Assembly: GCA_963793865.1 (NCBI GenBank)
Contig: CAWCBP010000004.1
Span: forward strand, 64,703 to 128,702
Source of the DNA: an uncultured delta proteobacterium
GTDB lineage: Bacteria > Desulfobacterota > WTBG01
Reading direction: 5' to 3'
Length of the DNA stretch: 64,000 bases
Shown here: piece after piece, positions 1 through 9,222 of the stretch
Layout: the number at the start of each line of letters is the position of its first letter
Position numbering within the stretch: the first letter of the stretch is position 1
Program-made: the position numbers and the translations under genes
The notes under the pieces: model-generated
What the model saw: only the letters and a program-made list of their open reading frames with translations
Told to the model about the DNA's origin: nothing
Databases searched by the model: none

Positions 1-270
1 GCCGAACCGCCTCTCAAATTAAAGGGAGCTGCCGACCACTGGAATTTCCGTGAAGACGATAGTGATTACTACACCCAGCCGGGCAAGCTCTTCCGCCTGA
101 TGAACGCGAAGGGGCAAAAGGCCCTCTTCGGCAACACCGGCCGGGCCATGGGGGATGCCCCGAAGGAAGTCAAGATCCGACACATCGGCAACTGCCTGAA
201 GGCCGATCCCGCCTACGGCAAGGGCGTGGCCGACGCGCTGGGTATCAAGCTGAGCGAAATACCCAAATAA
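1..270 (+). CDS. katA: catalase (C-terminal 89 codons; gene starts left of the window)
   Basis: Frame 1 is open from base 1 to the TAA at 268-270. The translation ...[59 protein letters not shown] matches the conserved C-terminus of clade-3 monofunctional catalases (KADPAYG, FRLM motifs). The minus-strand ORF 19..312 is its shadow. Confidence 0.8.
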   Translation, partial: AEPPLKLKGAADHWNFREDDSDYYTQPGKLFRLMNAKGQKALFGNTGRAMGDAPKEVKIRHIGNCLKADPAYGKGVADALGIKLSEIPK

Positions 271-392
271 GGATTTAATCTGAACGCAGCTTATGCGGCC
301 ATGACAGAGCATGGCCCTCCATCATCAACGTCATCCGGCGACTTGATCGCAGTTTAATATATATCAGCCGGACAGCAAAGGGGAGAAGCGCC

Positions 393-1811
393 ATGTTCGT
401 TCAACAGTTTTTTGTCAAGGGCATTGCCCACAGCTCATACCTGCTGGGAGGCGCAAAAACCTGCGCCATCGTTGATCCCCGGCGCGACGTGCAGATATAC
501 CTCGATGCTGCGCAGGAGATGGGGATGCAGATAACCCACATCCTGGAAACTCACCTGCACGCCGACTTCATTTCAGGTCACATTGACCTCGCCGAAAAAA
601 CCGGTGCCGCTATTTATGCTCCCACATCGGCACAGTGCAGCTTCGACCACGTACCGGTTGCCGAAGGTGACACCTTCAGCATCGAGGACATGAGCATAAC
701 CGTGCATGACACCCCCGGTCACACCCCGGAGCACATCAGCTATGTGGTCACGGACCATTCCCGGGGCAGGGAGCCGGCAGCCCTCTTCTGCGGCGACACA
801 CTCTTTGTCGGGGATGTGGGCCGTCCCGACCTTTTCCCGGGCAGGGCACGGGAGCTGGCATCAAAACTCCATGCCAGCCTGCACAAAAAGCTGCTTGTCC
901 TTCCCGATTTTTGCGAGGTCTATCCCGCGCATGGTGCGGGCTCGCTCTGCGGAAGGGCCATGGGCGCGAAGCGAACCAGCACCATCGGGTATGAACGGCT
1001 CTACAACGCCGCGCTGCAGATAAAAAACGAGGAGGAGTTTATAGCGTCACTCACCACGCACATGCCTGCCGCGCCGGACCATTTCAGCAGGTGCAGCGCA
1101 ATCAACGGGAAGGGCCCGTTTCCTGTCAAAGACCTTCCCGAAGCGGTCCCTCTCGCCCCCGCTGCATTCCGGGATAAATTGTCCGGAGATTTGTGCGTGA
1201 TTCTGGACACGCGCGCGTTTGAGGCGTTCGGCGGTCTTCATGTTCCCGGATCATTGCATATTGACTTCAGAGGCAACTTTGCCACCTTTGCAGGCTGGAT
1301 CATGCCTCCCGACAAGGATATCCTGCTGGTATCGGAAACGCCGGGGCAGGTTCAGGAGGCAACGATGTGGCTGAGAAGGGTTGGACTGGACAGGACCGTC
1401 GGGTATCTCAAAGGCGGCATGGCTGAATGGACCAAGGCCGGCTTTGCCACTGCGCATCTGCCCCAGCTCTCCGTGGAGGAGTTGCATACCATGACCACGG
1501 GCAACAGGGCCATGACCCTGGTTGATGTCCGCGCACCGGCTGAATATGCGGGTTACCATGTGGAGAAGGCCATCAACATCCCGGTGCAGGACCTGCGGAC
1601 GCGATACCGGGAACTGGATAAGAATCTTCCCGTTGTGGTGGTGTGCAGCACCGGCATCAGGTCAAGCATCGGGGGGAGCATTCTGAAGATGAAGGGGTTC
1701 TCTGATGTCTTCAGCGTGGCCGGCGGCATGACCGGATACAATGCTGCAGGGTACGCACCCGAATGCCCCGTGTGCGTGATGCCCCATGGTTCTTCGTTTT
1801 TAGGGCGCTAG
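393..1811 (+). CDS. MBL-fold metallo-hydrolase fused to two rhodanese-like domains (persulfide dioxygenase/sulfurtransferase-like, CstB/Blh-type)
   Basis: The N-terminal metallo-beta-lactamase signature THLHADFISGH plus downstream metal-binding His/Asp are present. The C-terminal half has rhodanese-fold motifs including the active-site loop VVVCSTGIRSS. An SD-like GGGGAGAAG precedes the ATG. Confidence 0.75.
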   Translation: MFVQQFFVKGIAHSSYLLGGAKTCAIVDPRRDVQIYLDAAQEMGMQITHILETHLHADFISGHIDLAEKTGAAIYAPTSAQCSFDHVPVAEGDTFSIEDMSITVHDTPGHTPEHISYVVTDHSRGREPAALFCGDTLFVGDVGRPDLFPGRARELASKLHASLHKKLLVLPDFCEVYPAHGAGSLCGRAMGAKRTSTIGYERLYNAALQIKNEEEFIASLTTHMPAAPDHFSRCSAINGKGPFPVKDLPEAVPLAPAAFRDKLSGDLCVILDTRAFEAFGGLHVPGSLHIDFRGNFATFAGWIMPPDKDILLVSETPGQVQEATMWLRRVGLDRTVGYLKGGMAEWTKAGFATAHLPQLSVEELHTMTTGNRAMTLVDVRAPAEYAGYHVEKAINIPVQDLRTRYRELDKNLPVVVVCSTGIRSSIGGSILKMKGFSDVFSVAGGMTGYNAAGYAPECPVCVMPHGSSFLGR

Positions 1812-1836
1812 ATTATTTCGCGGCCGGAGGCCGCTC

Positions 1837-3195
1837 CTACCAATCCAGCTTCACCGACGGGTAGCGGGAAAGCTTTTCTTTGACCAGCTCTTTGATCTCC
1901 TCCATTCTCCCCCGGGTTTTGGCCTCGAAGCGCAACACCAGGATGGGCTGGGTGTTTGAGGCCCTGATCAACGCCCAGCCGTCCTCAAAGCGTATGCGGA
2001 TGCCGTCAATGTCGATCGTTTGATACTGCCGGCCGAACTGTTTGACGAGGTCTTTGACGATGCCGAACTTTTCCTCCTCCGTGCACTCGGCCCTGATTTC
2101 AGGGGTCGACCAGTAAAAAGGAAGGGCGCGGACCAGCGCGCTCAGCGGCCGCTCCGCGTTTGAGAGCAGCTGCAGCAGGCGGCAGGACGCGAATATCCCG
2201 TCATCAAAACCGAAATAGTCATCCATGAAATAAAAGTGGCCGCTCATCTCTCCGCCCACCGGCGCGTGAACCTCTTTCATCTTGGCCTGGATGTTGGGAT
2301 AGCCGGTCTTCCACATCACCGGGGTTCCCCCGGCCCGGGTAATAGTCTCTATCAGCGCCTCGGAACATTTGACATCAAAGACCACCGGCGCCGGATTACG
2401 CGCCAACACCTCAGCGGCGAAAAGAGAGAGGAGCTGGTCCCCGCGCACAATCGCCCCCTGCTCATCAACCGCCCCCAGCCGGTCCGCGTCTCCATCGTAG
2501 GCGACTCCCGCGTCCGCCCCCGCCTCCCGTACCCGCGCGCTCAGCTCAGCCACGTTTTCATCCACCGTGGGATCAGGCAGATGGTGAGGAAAGGCGCCAT
2601 CAGGCTCGCAGTACAGTTCGACCAGGTCACAGCCCAGCTCCTTGAGCAGGCGCGCCGCCAGCGGTCCCGCCGTTCCGTTTCCCGCGTCGGCCACCACCTT
2701 CAGACGGCGCTTCAGGCGTATTCTCGCCTTGATGGCAGCGAGGTACTCATCGACAATCCCCCGCGCCTCGCTGCTTCCTGTGCCGGCCGCATACCTTCCG
2801 GACTCAATAATCGATGCTATCTTTTGAATTTCCTCCCCGAACACCGCCGTTTCCCCCAGGCGCATTTTAAAGCCGTTATACCGGGGGGGGTTGTGGCTCG
2901 CGGTGACCATGATGCCGCCATCGGCTTTGTAATGCATCACCGAAAAGTAAAAGGCGGGCGTGGGAAGCTGGCCGACATCATAGACCCGGCACCCGGTTGA
3001 GAGCAGGCCTTCCATTACTGCACCCTGCAGCTCGCGTGAGCTCAGCCGGTTATCCCTGCCAAGCGCAACCGAGTGTCCGCCCCTCTCTTTGAGGTAGGTG
3101 CCGAATCCCCTGCCGATGCGCACGGCATCTTCACCGGTGAGGGTTTCACCCACCTCACCCCTGATATCGTATTCCCTGAAGATCTCCCTATCCAC
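1837..3195 (-). CDS. phosphomannomutase/phosphoglucomutase (alpha-D-phosphohexomutase family)
   Basis: Active-site phosphoserine loop TASHNPPRYNGFK; sugar-binding EMSGH; N-terminal IFREYDIRG. The start is moved to the GTG at 3195, preceded by AGGAGG, which gives about 453 aa. The longest ORF extends to 3270. Confidence 0.85.
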   Translation of the reverse strand: MDREIFREYDIRGEVGETLTGEDAVRIGRGFGTYLKERGGHSVALGRDNRLSSRELQGAVMEGLLSTGCRVYDVGQLPTPAFYFSVMHYKADGGIMVTASHNPPRYNGFKMRLGETAVFGEEIQKIASIIESGRYAAGTGSSEARGIVDEYLAAIKARIRLKRRLKVVADAGNGTAGPLAARLLKELGCDLVELYCEPDGAFPHHLPDPTVDENVAELSARVREAGADAGVAYDGDADRLGAVDEQGAIVRGDQLLSLFAAEVLARNPAPVVFDVKCSEALIETITRAGGTPVMWKTGYPNIQAKMKEVHAPVGGEMSGHFYFMDDYFGFDDGIFASCRLLQLLSNAERPLSALVRALPFYWSTPEIRAECTEEEKFGIVKDLVKQFGRQYQTIDIDGIRIRFEDGWALIRASNTQPILVLRFEAKTRGRMEEIKELVKEKLSRYPSVKLDW

Positions 3196-3232
3196 GCCAG
3201 TCCTCCTCGTTATTGCCGGATTAATTTTCTCC

Positions 3233-4327
3233 TTACTGCTTTTCCCCGTCTCCCTTCGACAGCTCGGCAAAGTAAGAGCGCACTGCCTGGTACACAGCCT
3301 GAGCCTCTTTCCATGACTTTACATCCTCATCCCCGGGCACTTTTTTACACCTCCGCTCTCCGAAGCTCACCGCCACCGCGGGCATGCCGGTATGCACAAT
3401 GAGAAAATCAGTGCTTTCACCCAGGGACACACGGCTGCAGGAAAACCCGTCGGAGATCTCCTTCCTGAGCAAACCGGCAAGCAGCTTTCCTTTACTGCTG
3501 TTGTAATAGTAGGCTATCCCGGACCGTTTCGCGTGGTCAAGGGAAATGACCAGGTCAGCAGACACCTCCTCTGATTGTAAAACCTTCTCCGCGGCCCCGG
3601 GTGAAGTTTCATCCCTTCGGGTCAGCACGACACCGGCGCCGGCAAACCTGAGCAGCTCTCCTATGTGAAGCGCCAGCTTGAGATTGTCGGCGAACCGCTG
3701 CCGGTCGCGGGAATCGCCGATCACGGGCTCTTCATTTGCCCCGCGGGGATCGAGCATGATGACCTTTCCCCGGAGCAGCCCCCCATCCACCGGCCGGAGC
3801 GTCACCTCCTCTTTCTGAACCAGCCCCGCTCCTCCCCCCTTGAGCATACCCATGACCGGCCGGTAACCATCCCGCTGAACGGTAAAGGGAATGCCGGCGG
3901 CATCAGACTGAAACAAGCAGTACCCAAGGCGATCGGTTTCGCAATATCGCTCCTTCCCCCATGCCACTTGGGCATGCTCGACCGGACTGCCCGCGGGATC
4001 GTGAATATATATCTCTGCCTGACCCCACGCCGGTGAAGCAAACCTCCCCTGATACGAAGCTGACACGGTTCCGCACGCCGCCGTCACCAGCACGCTGCCC
4101 GGATGAACATCCGCCTCGAAATGGGTAACTGCCACTCCCTCCCGGGTCGGCACCACCGTCTCCACCAGCCTGCCCGCTGAAACAGACAAGCTGACCGGCG
4201 TGCCGTCAGCCACCGGGTTGCGGTTGTCATCCAGAACCAGCGCCGTTACCCTGCACCGTGAGCTGCCGTCAGGAGGAATGATTTCAGGGAAAATGCCGCC
4301 TTCTATGCTTGCGGGCGGACGCGACAT
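3233..4327 (-). CDS. Amidase_3-like protein with N-terminal Ig-like (Big) domain; first zinc-ligand His replaced, so possibly non-catalytic
   Basis: The C-terminal half aligns to the Amidase_3 fold of the upstream gene, but the DPGHGG motif reads DPRGAN. The SLDHAK and LGEST motifs are retained. Confidence 0.55.
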   Translation of the reverse strand: MSRPPASIEGGIFPEIIPPDGSSRCRVTALVLDDNRNPVADGTPVSLSVSAGRLVETVVPTREGVAVTHFEADVHPGSVLVTAACGTVSASYQGRFASPAWGQAEIYIHDPAGSPVEHAQVAWGKERYCETDRLGYCLFQSDAAGIPFTVQRDGYRPVMGMLKGGGAGLVQKEEVTLRPVDGGLLRGKVIMLDPRGANEEPVIGDSRDRQRFADNLKLALHIGELLRFAGAGVVLTRRDETSPGAAEKVLQSEEVSADLVISLDHAKRSGIAYYYNSSKGKLLAGLLRKEISDGFSCSRVSLGESTDFLIVHTGMPAVAVSFGERRCKKVPGDEDVKSWKEAQAVYQAVRSYFAELSKGDGEKQ

Positions 4328-5397
4328 GGTAAACTCCGCTCTGCCGGGCCGGGCGCTGTTCCCCCCAGATTCCGTGCCTCCAATCTGATGGAATGTGTGC
4401 CGCCGGCAAGAGGCTTCTCCGGCACATAACGCACCAGACCTGCCTCCGCCTCATAGCGGTGGCTGACCGGCTTCCCGTCAAGGTACAGCTTGATGGATGA
4501 GATATCGATGCCTGTCCCGTGCTTATCATCAGCGACCCCGGCAACCACCTCGGGCCTCGCGTCTTCAACCACAACCCCCGAAGGTGAAATGCCGCTCACG
4601 GAGGGAATGCCCCGCGCGCAGTAGTCACGTATACCCGCGAAATATGCCTCGGCTTCCATTTTGAGATAGCCGTGGAGGTGGAGCCTTTTCTCGTTTTCCC
4701 GGTGGGTGAGATAGGATGCCTCACCCAGAATTGCCGTGCATTCGGTTTTTCTCAGCACGCTGAAATTTCCGGGAAGCACCCGGGCATTCGGCGCGTTAAG
4801 GCCCTCTCTCATGCGCTCCATGACGCAGGTTGCCAGCTCTCTCGAGGGGTCAGCCGGGGAAAGCTGATAGAAAATGGCGAGGTCATTTTTTCGCTGGTCA
4901 TGAATATTGGAATTGTGATGGATGCTGATAAAAAGGTCGGCGGCGTTGCTGCCGATCCTGCTTCTGGCCAGCAGGTCATCAGGTAAACCTTTGGACGTGC
5001 CGCGGGCAACCGCCGTGTCGGCAGTGCGCGTCATAACCGGATGAGCCCCGGCGTTATAAAGCATGCCCCAGAGGTAGAGGGCCACACCCAGATTTACCTC
5101 CGATTCCTTCATCCCCAGTGTTCCCACCGCTCCCCCGAACTGACCCCCGTGCCCCGGGTCTATGACAATGACCTTATCCCTCAAGGCGGCGGTATCGAGT
5201 TCTGCCGCCTGGAAGGGGGAGGGCGGTATCTCCGGCAGCGAGGTGCAGGACGAGATAAGCATCAGGAACACCGCGGCCAGGAACAAATCTATCAGGAGAT
5301 TTATCCGCCCGATGCGTTTTGATCTCCTGTTGCTGCCCGGTGCGTGCCTTTTACAATGCGCCATTGTCGCTAAGGGAATGGGCACAATCCTGCTCAC
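4303..5397 (-). CDS. N-acetylmuramoyl-L-alanine amidase (Amidase_3, AmiC-like) lipoprotein
   Basis: IDPGHGGQFGGAVGTLGMKESEV...ADLFISIHHNS...ILGEASYL is a canonical Amidase_3 zinc site. The N-terminal signal with LISSC lipobox is followed by a C-terminal Ig-like domain. It overlaps the downstream paralog by 25 bp. An alternative start lies at 5364. Confidence 0.8.
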   Translation of the reverse strand: MSRIVPIPLATMAHCKRHAPGSNRRSKRIGRINLLIDLFLAAVFLMLISSCTSLPEIPPSPFQAAELDTAALRDKVIVIDPGHGGQFGGAVGTLGMKESEVNLGVALYLWGMLYNAGAHPVMTRTADTAVARGTSKGLPDDLLARSRIGSNAADLFISIHHNSNIHDQRKNDLAIFYQLSPADPSRELATCVMERMREGLNAPNARVLPGNFSVLRKTECTAILGEASYLTHRENEKRLHLHGYLKMEAEAYFAGIRDYCARGIPSVSGISPSGVVVEDARPEVVAGVADDKHGTGIDISSIKLYLDGKPVSHRYEAEAGLVRYVPEKPLAGGTHSIRLEARNLGGTAPGPAERSLPCRVRPQA

Positions 5398-5544
5398 AGT
5401 TTTTCCACGGGTAAGGTGACTCCAGCCTGCATGATCATATCACAAAAGCCCTGACCGGGGCATCCGGAATGTTGACCGCAGCGCCGTATATATAATAAGG
5501 TTGCAATTATCCTGGTTATTAGCTATAGTAACAGCCGGGTAGCA

Positions 5545-7860
5545 TTGTATAAACTCCAGTTAAAACGAGCACTTGTTGATAACCCCCGCACAGGATATGT
5601 AGAGGAGTTCCATCTTGTGAAATTTCCTGAATTTCATAAGCCGAAGGCATCGTCGATACTGCAGGAAAAAACCCGGCGCAAGCGGGAATTATTCATTATC
5701 ATTGCCGTCGTGCTCTCCATTGTCGTCCTCACCCTCTTGCAGGCATCCATTACCGCTTCCGAAAGCCAGCTGCCCACGACCAAAAACATCCTCATTTACG
5801 GTCTCATCAATATTAATATAACCCTCCTGCTGCTGCTCATTTTTCTGGTGGTGCGCAATGTCGTCAAGCTTGTCTTCGAGCGCAGGCGGGGCATCCTCGG
5901 CGCAAAGCTGCGGACCCGGTTAATAGCGGCATTTGTCGGCCTGTCCATCGTTCCCTCCGTCCTCCTCTTCTGGGTCGCCGCGGAATTTATAACCGCCACC
6001 GTAGAAAGGTGGTTCAGCTCCCAGGTGGAATACTCCCTGTCGCAATCACTCGAGGTCGCCGAGGTATATTACCAGAATACCACTGATAACGCCATGCACT
6101 ATGCCCGGCAAATCAGCAGGATCATTACCAGGGACAGGCTTTTAAGCGAGGCCAATCTCAAGCAGCTCCAGGATTTCATCAATCAGAAGCAGGAAGAATA
6201 CAACCTCGGGGTGGTTGAGGTCTTCTCCTCAACCCTGGAGGAACTGGTAAAGTCCATGAATCCCGGCGTGCCGGTAAAGGGCTTTGTCGGTTCCGATTCA
6301 GCGCTTGTGCAAAAAGGTTTGGAGGGAAAGGAGATTACCAAAATCCAGCCGGCAGGTTCAGGTGATCTCATCAGGGGAGTGGCGCCCATCTACTCCAGCT
6401 GGAAAAAGGACGAGGTGGTCGGGACGCTGGTGGTCAACTACTATGTACCCAAAAGTCTCGTTTCCAAGATGTCCACCATTTCCTACGCCTTCAGGGAGTA
6501 CAAGCAGCAGGAGCTGCTGAAGAATCCCATAAAAACGGCGAACCTGATGATTCTGGCCATTGTCACCCTGCTGATTATCTTCTCCGCCACCTGGTTCGGC
6601 TTTTTTCTTTCCAAGGGACTTACGGGACCTATCCAGCAGCTGGCTGAGGCGACCAACCGCATCACCCAGGGTGACCTGGATTTCACCATAGAAACGGGCA
6701 CTGATGATGAAATGGGAAGCCTGGTTACCTCCTTTAACAAGATGACCGCGGACCTGAAAGCGAGCAAAATCAAAATTGAACAGGCCACCCATGATCTGCA
6801 GGAAAGCAATCTGGAACTGGAGCGCCGGCGGCGGTACACGGAAACCATCCTTACCAACGTCGCGGCAGGAGTGGTCGCCATCGACGAAAGGGGCCTCATA
6901 ACCAGCATAAACAAATCCGCTGAAAATCTCCTCAGGACCACTGCCGGGGTGTCCCTCTCCAAACCCTACGAAGAGGCATTTGCCCAGGAGCAGGTTCAGG
7001 CTGTGCGGCAGCTGGTCAGGGACATACTCTCCTCGGGGAGGAACTCCTTCGACCAGCAGATCAGGCTCAACTTTCCCGACGACAGCATCGAGCTGCTGGT
7101 AAGCGGAACCATGCTGCACGATGACCAGGAAAACTATCTGGGACTGGTTCTGGTGTTCGAAGACATAACCCACATCCAGAAGGCGCAGCGGGCGGCGGCA
7201 TGGCGGGAGGTGGCGCGCAGAATTGCCCATGAAATCAAAAATCCCCTGACCCCCATTCAGCTCTCCGCGCAGCGCCTGAGGAAAAAGTACATGGACCGGT
7301 TCGAGGCCGACGGGAAAATCTTCGATGAATGCACCCGGATCATCATTGACCAGACGGAAGAGATCAAAAACCTGGTCAGCGAATTTTCAAACTTTGCCCG
7401 GATGCCCGCGACCACGCCGCAGCCCAACGATCTCACCGAGGTAATCAATGAGGCAGTCGCCCTTTTTACCGCCTCGCTGAAAGACATATCCATAACGGTG
7501 ATAGAAAAGAGCAAGCCGCCCGTCTTCAGCCTCGACAAGGACCAGATGAAGCGGGCGATCATAAACATCATCGACAATGCCATTGATGCCATGAGCGGCA
7601 AGGGAAGCATCGTCATTGAAATATCCCATGACCAGATATTCAACATTGCCCGGATCGAGATAGCCGACACCGGCTGCGGCATACCCCACGGCACGCGGGA
7701 AAAGCTCTTCGAGCCCTACTTTTCCACCAAAAAGTCAAATATGGGCCTCGGCCTGTCAATCGTGAGCACCATCATTTCCGATCACAACGGCTACATCAGG
7801 GTCAGGGACAATGATCCCCGGGGAACCAAATTTATTATCGAGCTGCCGGTCAGGATGTAA
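5545..7860 (+). CDS. ntrY: sensor histidine kinase, NtrY-like (TM-HAMP-PAS-HisKA-HATPase)
   Basis: N-terminal TM helices, HAMP, PAS, the H-box HEIKNPLTPIQLSAQRL, and N/G1/G2 ATP-binding boxes (DNAIDAM, DTGCGIP, GLGLSIV). The annotated start codon is TTG, so the true start is uncertain. A -35 TTGCAA / -10 TATAGT sits upstream near 5485-5525. Confidence 0.8.
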   Translation: MYKLQLKRALVDNPRTGYVEEFHLVKFPEFHKPKASSILQEKTRRKRELFIIIAVVLSIVVLTLLQASITASESQLPTTKNILIYGLININITLLLLLIFLVVRNVVKLVFERRRGILGAKLRTRLIAAFVGLSIVPSVLLFWVAAEFITATVERWFSSQVEYSLSQSLEVAEVYYQNTTDNAMHYARQISRIITRDRLLSEANLKQLQDFINQKQEEYNLGVVEVFSSTLEELVKSMNPGVPVKGFVGSDSALVQKGLEGKEITKIQPAGSGDLIRGVAPIYSSWKKDEVVGTLVVNYYVPKSLVSKMSTISYAFREYKQQELLKNPIKTANLMILAIVTLLIIFSATWFGFFLSKGLTGPIQQLAEATNRITQGDLDFTIETGTDDEMGSLVTSFNKMTADLKASKIKIEQATHDLQESNLELERRRRYTETILTNVAAGVVAIDERGLITSINKSAENLLRTTAGVSLSKPYEEAFAQEQVQAVRQLVRDILSSGRNSFDQQIRLNFPDDSIELLVSGTMLHDDQENYLGLVLVFEDITHIQKAQRAAAWREVARRIAHEIKNPLTPIQLSAQRLRKKYMDRFEADGKIFDECTRIIIDQTEEIKNLVSEFSNFARMPATTPQPNDLTEVINEAVALFTASLKDISITVIEKSKPPVFSLDKDQMKRAIINIIDNAIDAMSGKGSIVIEISHDQIFNIARIEIADTGCGIPHGTREKLFEPYFSTKKSNMGLGLSIVSTIISDHNGYIRVRDNDPRGTKFIIELPVRM

Positions 7861-7869
7861 GGAGAGGTA

Positions 7870-9222
7870 ATGAAACGAGTGAAGCTGCTGATTGTCGATG
7901 ACGAAGAAAAGATCCTTCAAACCATGAAGGGAAGCCTGGAAGATGAGGATTATGAAGTGCTCACCGCCAAGGACGGGCAGGAGGCCATGGAGAAAGTCCG
8001 CTCGGAAAATCCCGAACTGGTTTTTCTTGACATCTGGCTCCCGGGGATGGACGGCATGGAAACCCTCAAGGCCATCAAGGAATATGACCAGAACCTCGAC
8101 GTGGTGATCATGACCGGACACGGGACCATGAATACCGCCATCCAGGCCATCAAGCTCGGTGCCTTTGACTTTCTGGAAAAACCACTTTCCCTGGACTCCA
8201 TCTTCTCCGTCATTCACAGCGCCCTGGAACAAAAAAGGGGCAGGGCCGAGGAGGCGGAGCCGGCGATTGAGGAGCCGGACGATTTCATCGGTGAAAGCCT
8301 TTCCATCATGCAGATCAAGAAGGAGATAAAGAAGCTTGCCAAAACCGGGAAAAACCTCTTCATCACCGGGGAGAGCGGAACGGGAAAGGAGTTTGCGGCC
8401 CGGCTCATTCACCACGAGAGCCCGCGGAGAAAAAACCCCTTTATCAAATTCAGCTGCACCATCTATTCCCCCGAAGAAATGAGCCACAATCTTTTCGGGA
8501 CGGCGGCGCATGCATCCAGGAAAAACCTGGTTCGAAAAGCCGGCGAGCTGGAGCGGGCGGCAAAGGGGACCCTGTTTCTGGACACCATCGAGGAAATGCC
8601 TCTTTCCATCCAGGAAGAGTTGGCGGAGGCGCTCAAGAAGAAAAAAAACAAGGGGGGCGGCAAACAGGACAAGGCAAATGAGCCGAGAATCCTGGCATCG
8701 TCGAATGACGATCCGGCCTTAATGGTCAAAGAGGGCAAGTTGAACCAGGAGCTTTACGGGCTGCTGGCGGAGGGCACCATCATGCTGCCTCCCCTGCGGG
8801 AGCGAAAGGATGATATCCTGAAGATCTTTACCTTCTTCATGGAGGGATTCTCGCAGAAACACGGCCGGAAGATAAAAGAGCTGGATGAAGACGCGCAGGA
8901 AGCGCTGATGAACTACCACTGGCCGGGCAACAGCAAGGAGCTCAAAAATTTTGCCGAGCGGCTGGTAACATCCGTGGTGACCACCGCCAAAATCGGCCTG
9001 GAAAGCCTGCCCCTTTCCATGCGGGGAGAGCTCGCCGCTTCAAAAACGCGCGCCTTCGACAAATACACTTCCATGAAGGAGGCGGAAAATGCCTGGAAAA
9101 AGGAGTTTCTCATCTTCCACCTGAAGAAGCACAACGTCGACATTCCCGCAACCGCGCGGAGCCTCGGCATGCGCCAGGACACGCTGAGGCGCCATATAGA
9201 CACCTTCGGCATCAAGCTGATG
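7870..9222 (+). CDS. ntrX: sigma-54-dependent response regulator (NtrX/NtrC family: REC + AAA+ sigma-54 activator + Fis-type HTH); no stop codon, reads in-frame into lpxC
   Basis: Receiver LLIVDDEE...DIWLPGMDG; the AAA+ Walker A motif GESGTGKE; a GAFDF-like motif; and a C-terminal HTH ATARSLGMRQDTLRRHIDTFGI. It is 451 aa, a typical NtrC-family length, but the ORF continues without a stop into the next gene. Confidence 0.75.

Noticed and set aside
19-312. 97-aa ORF on the minus strand at the window start
   Set aside because: It is the antisense shadow of the catalase 3' end, where frame 1 plus is conserved catalase sequence. Many other long antisense ORFs are the same high-GC artefact (2236..3000, 6358..7230, 7756..8511, 10132..10887, 13264..13869, 17697..18449, 20466..21197, 27593..28231, 63031..63957).
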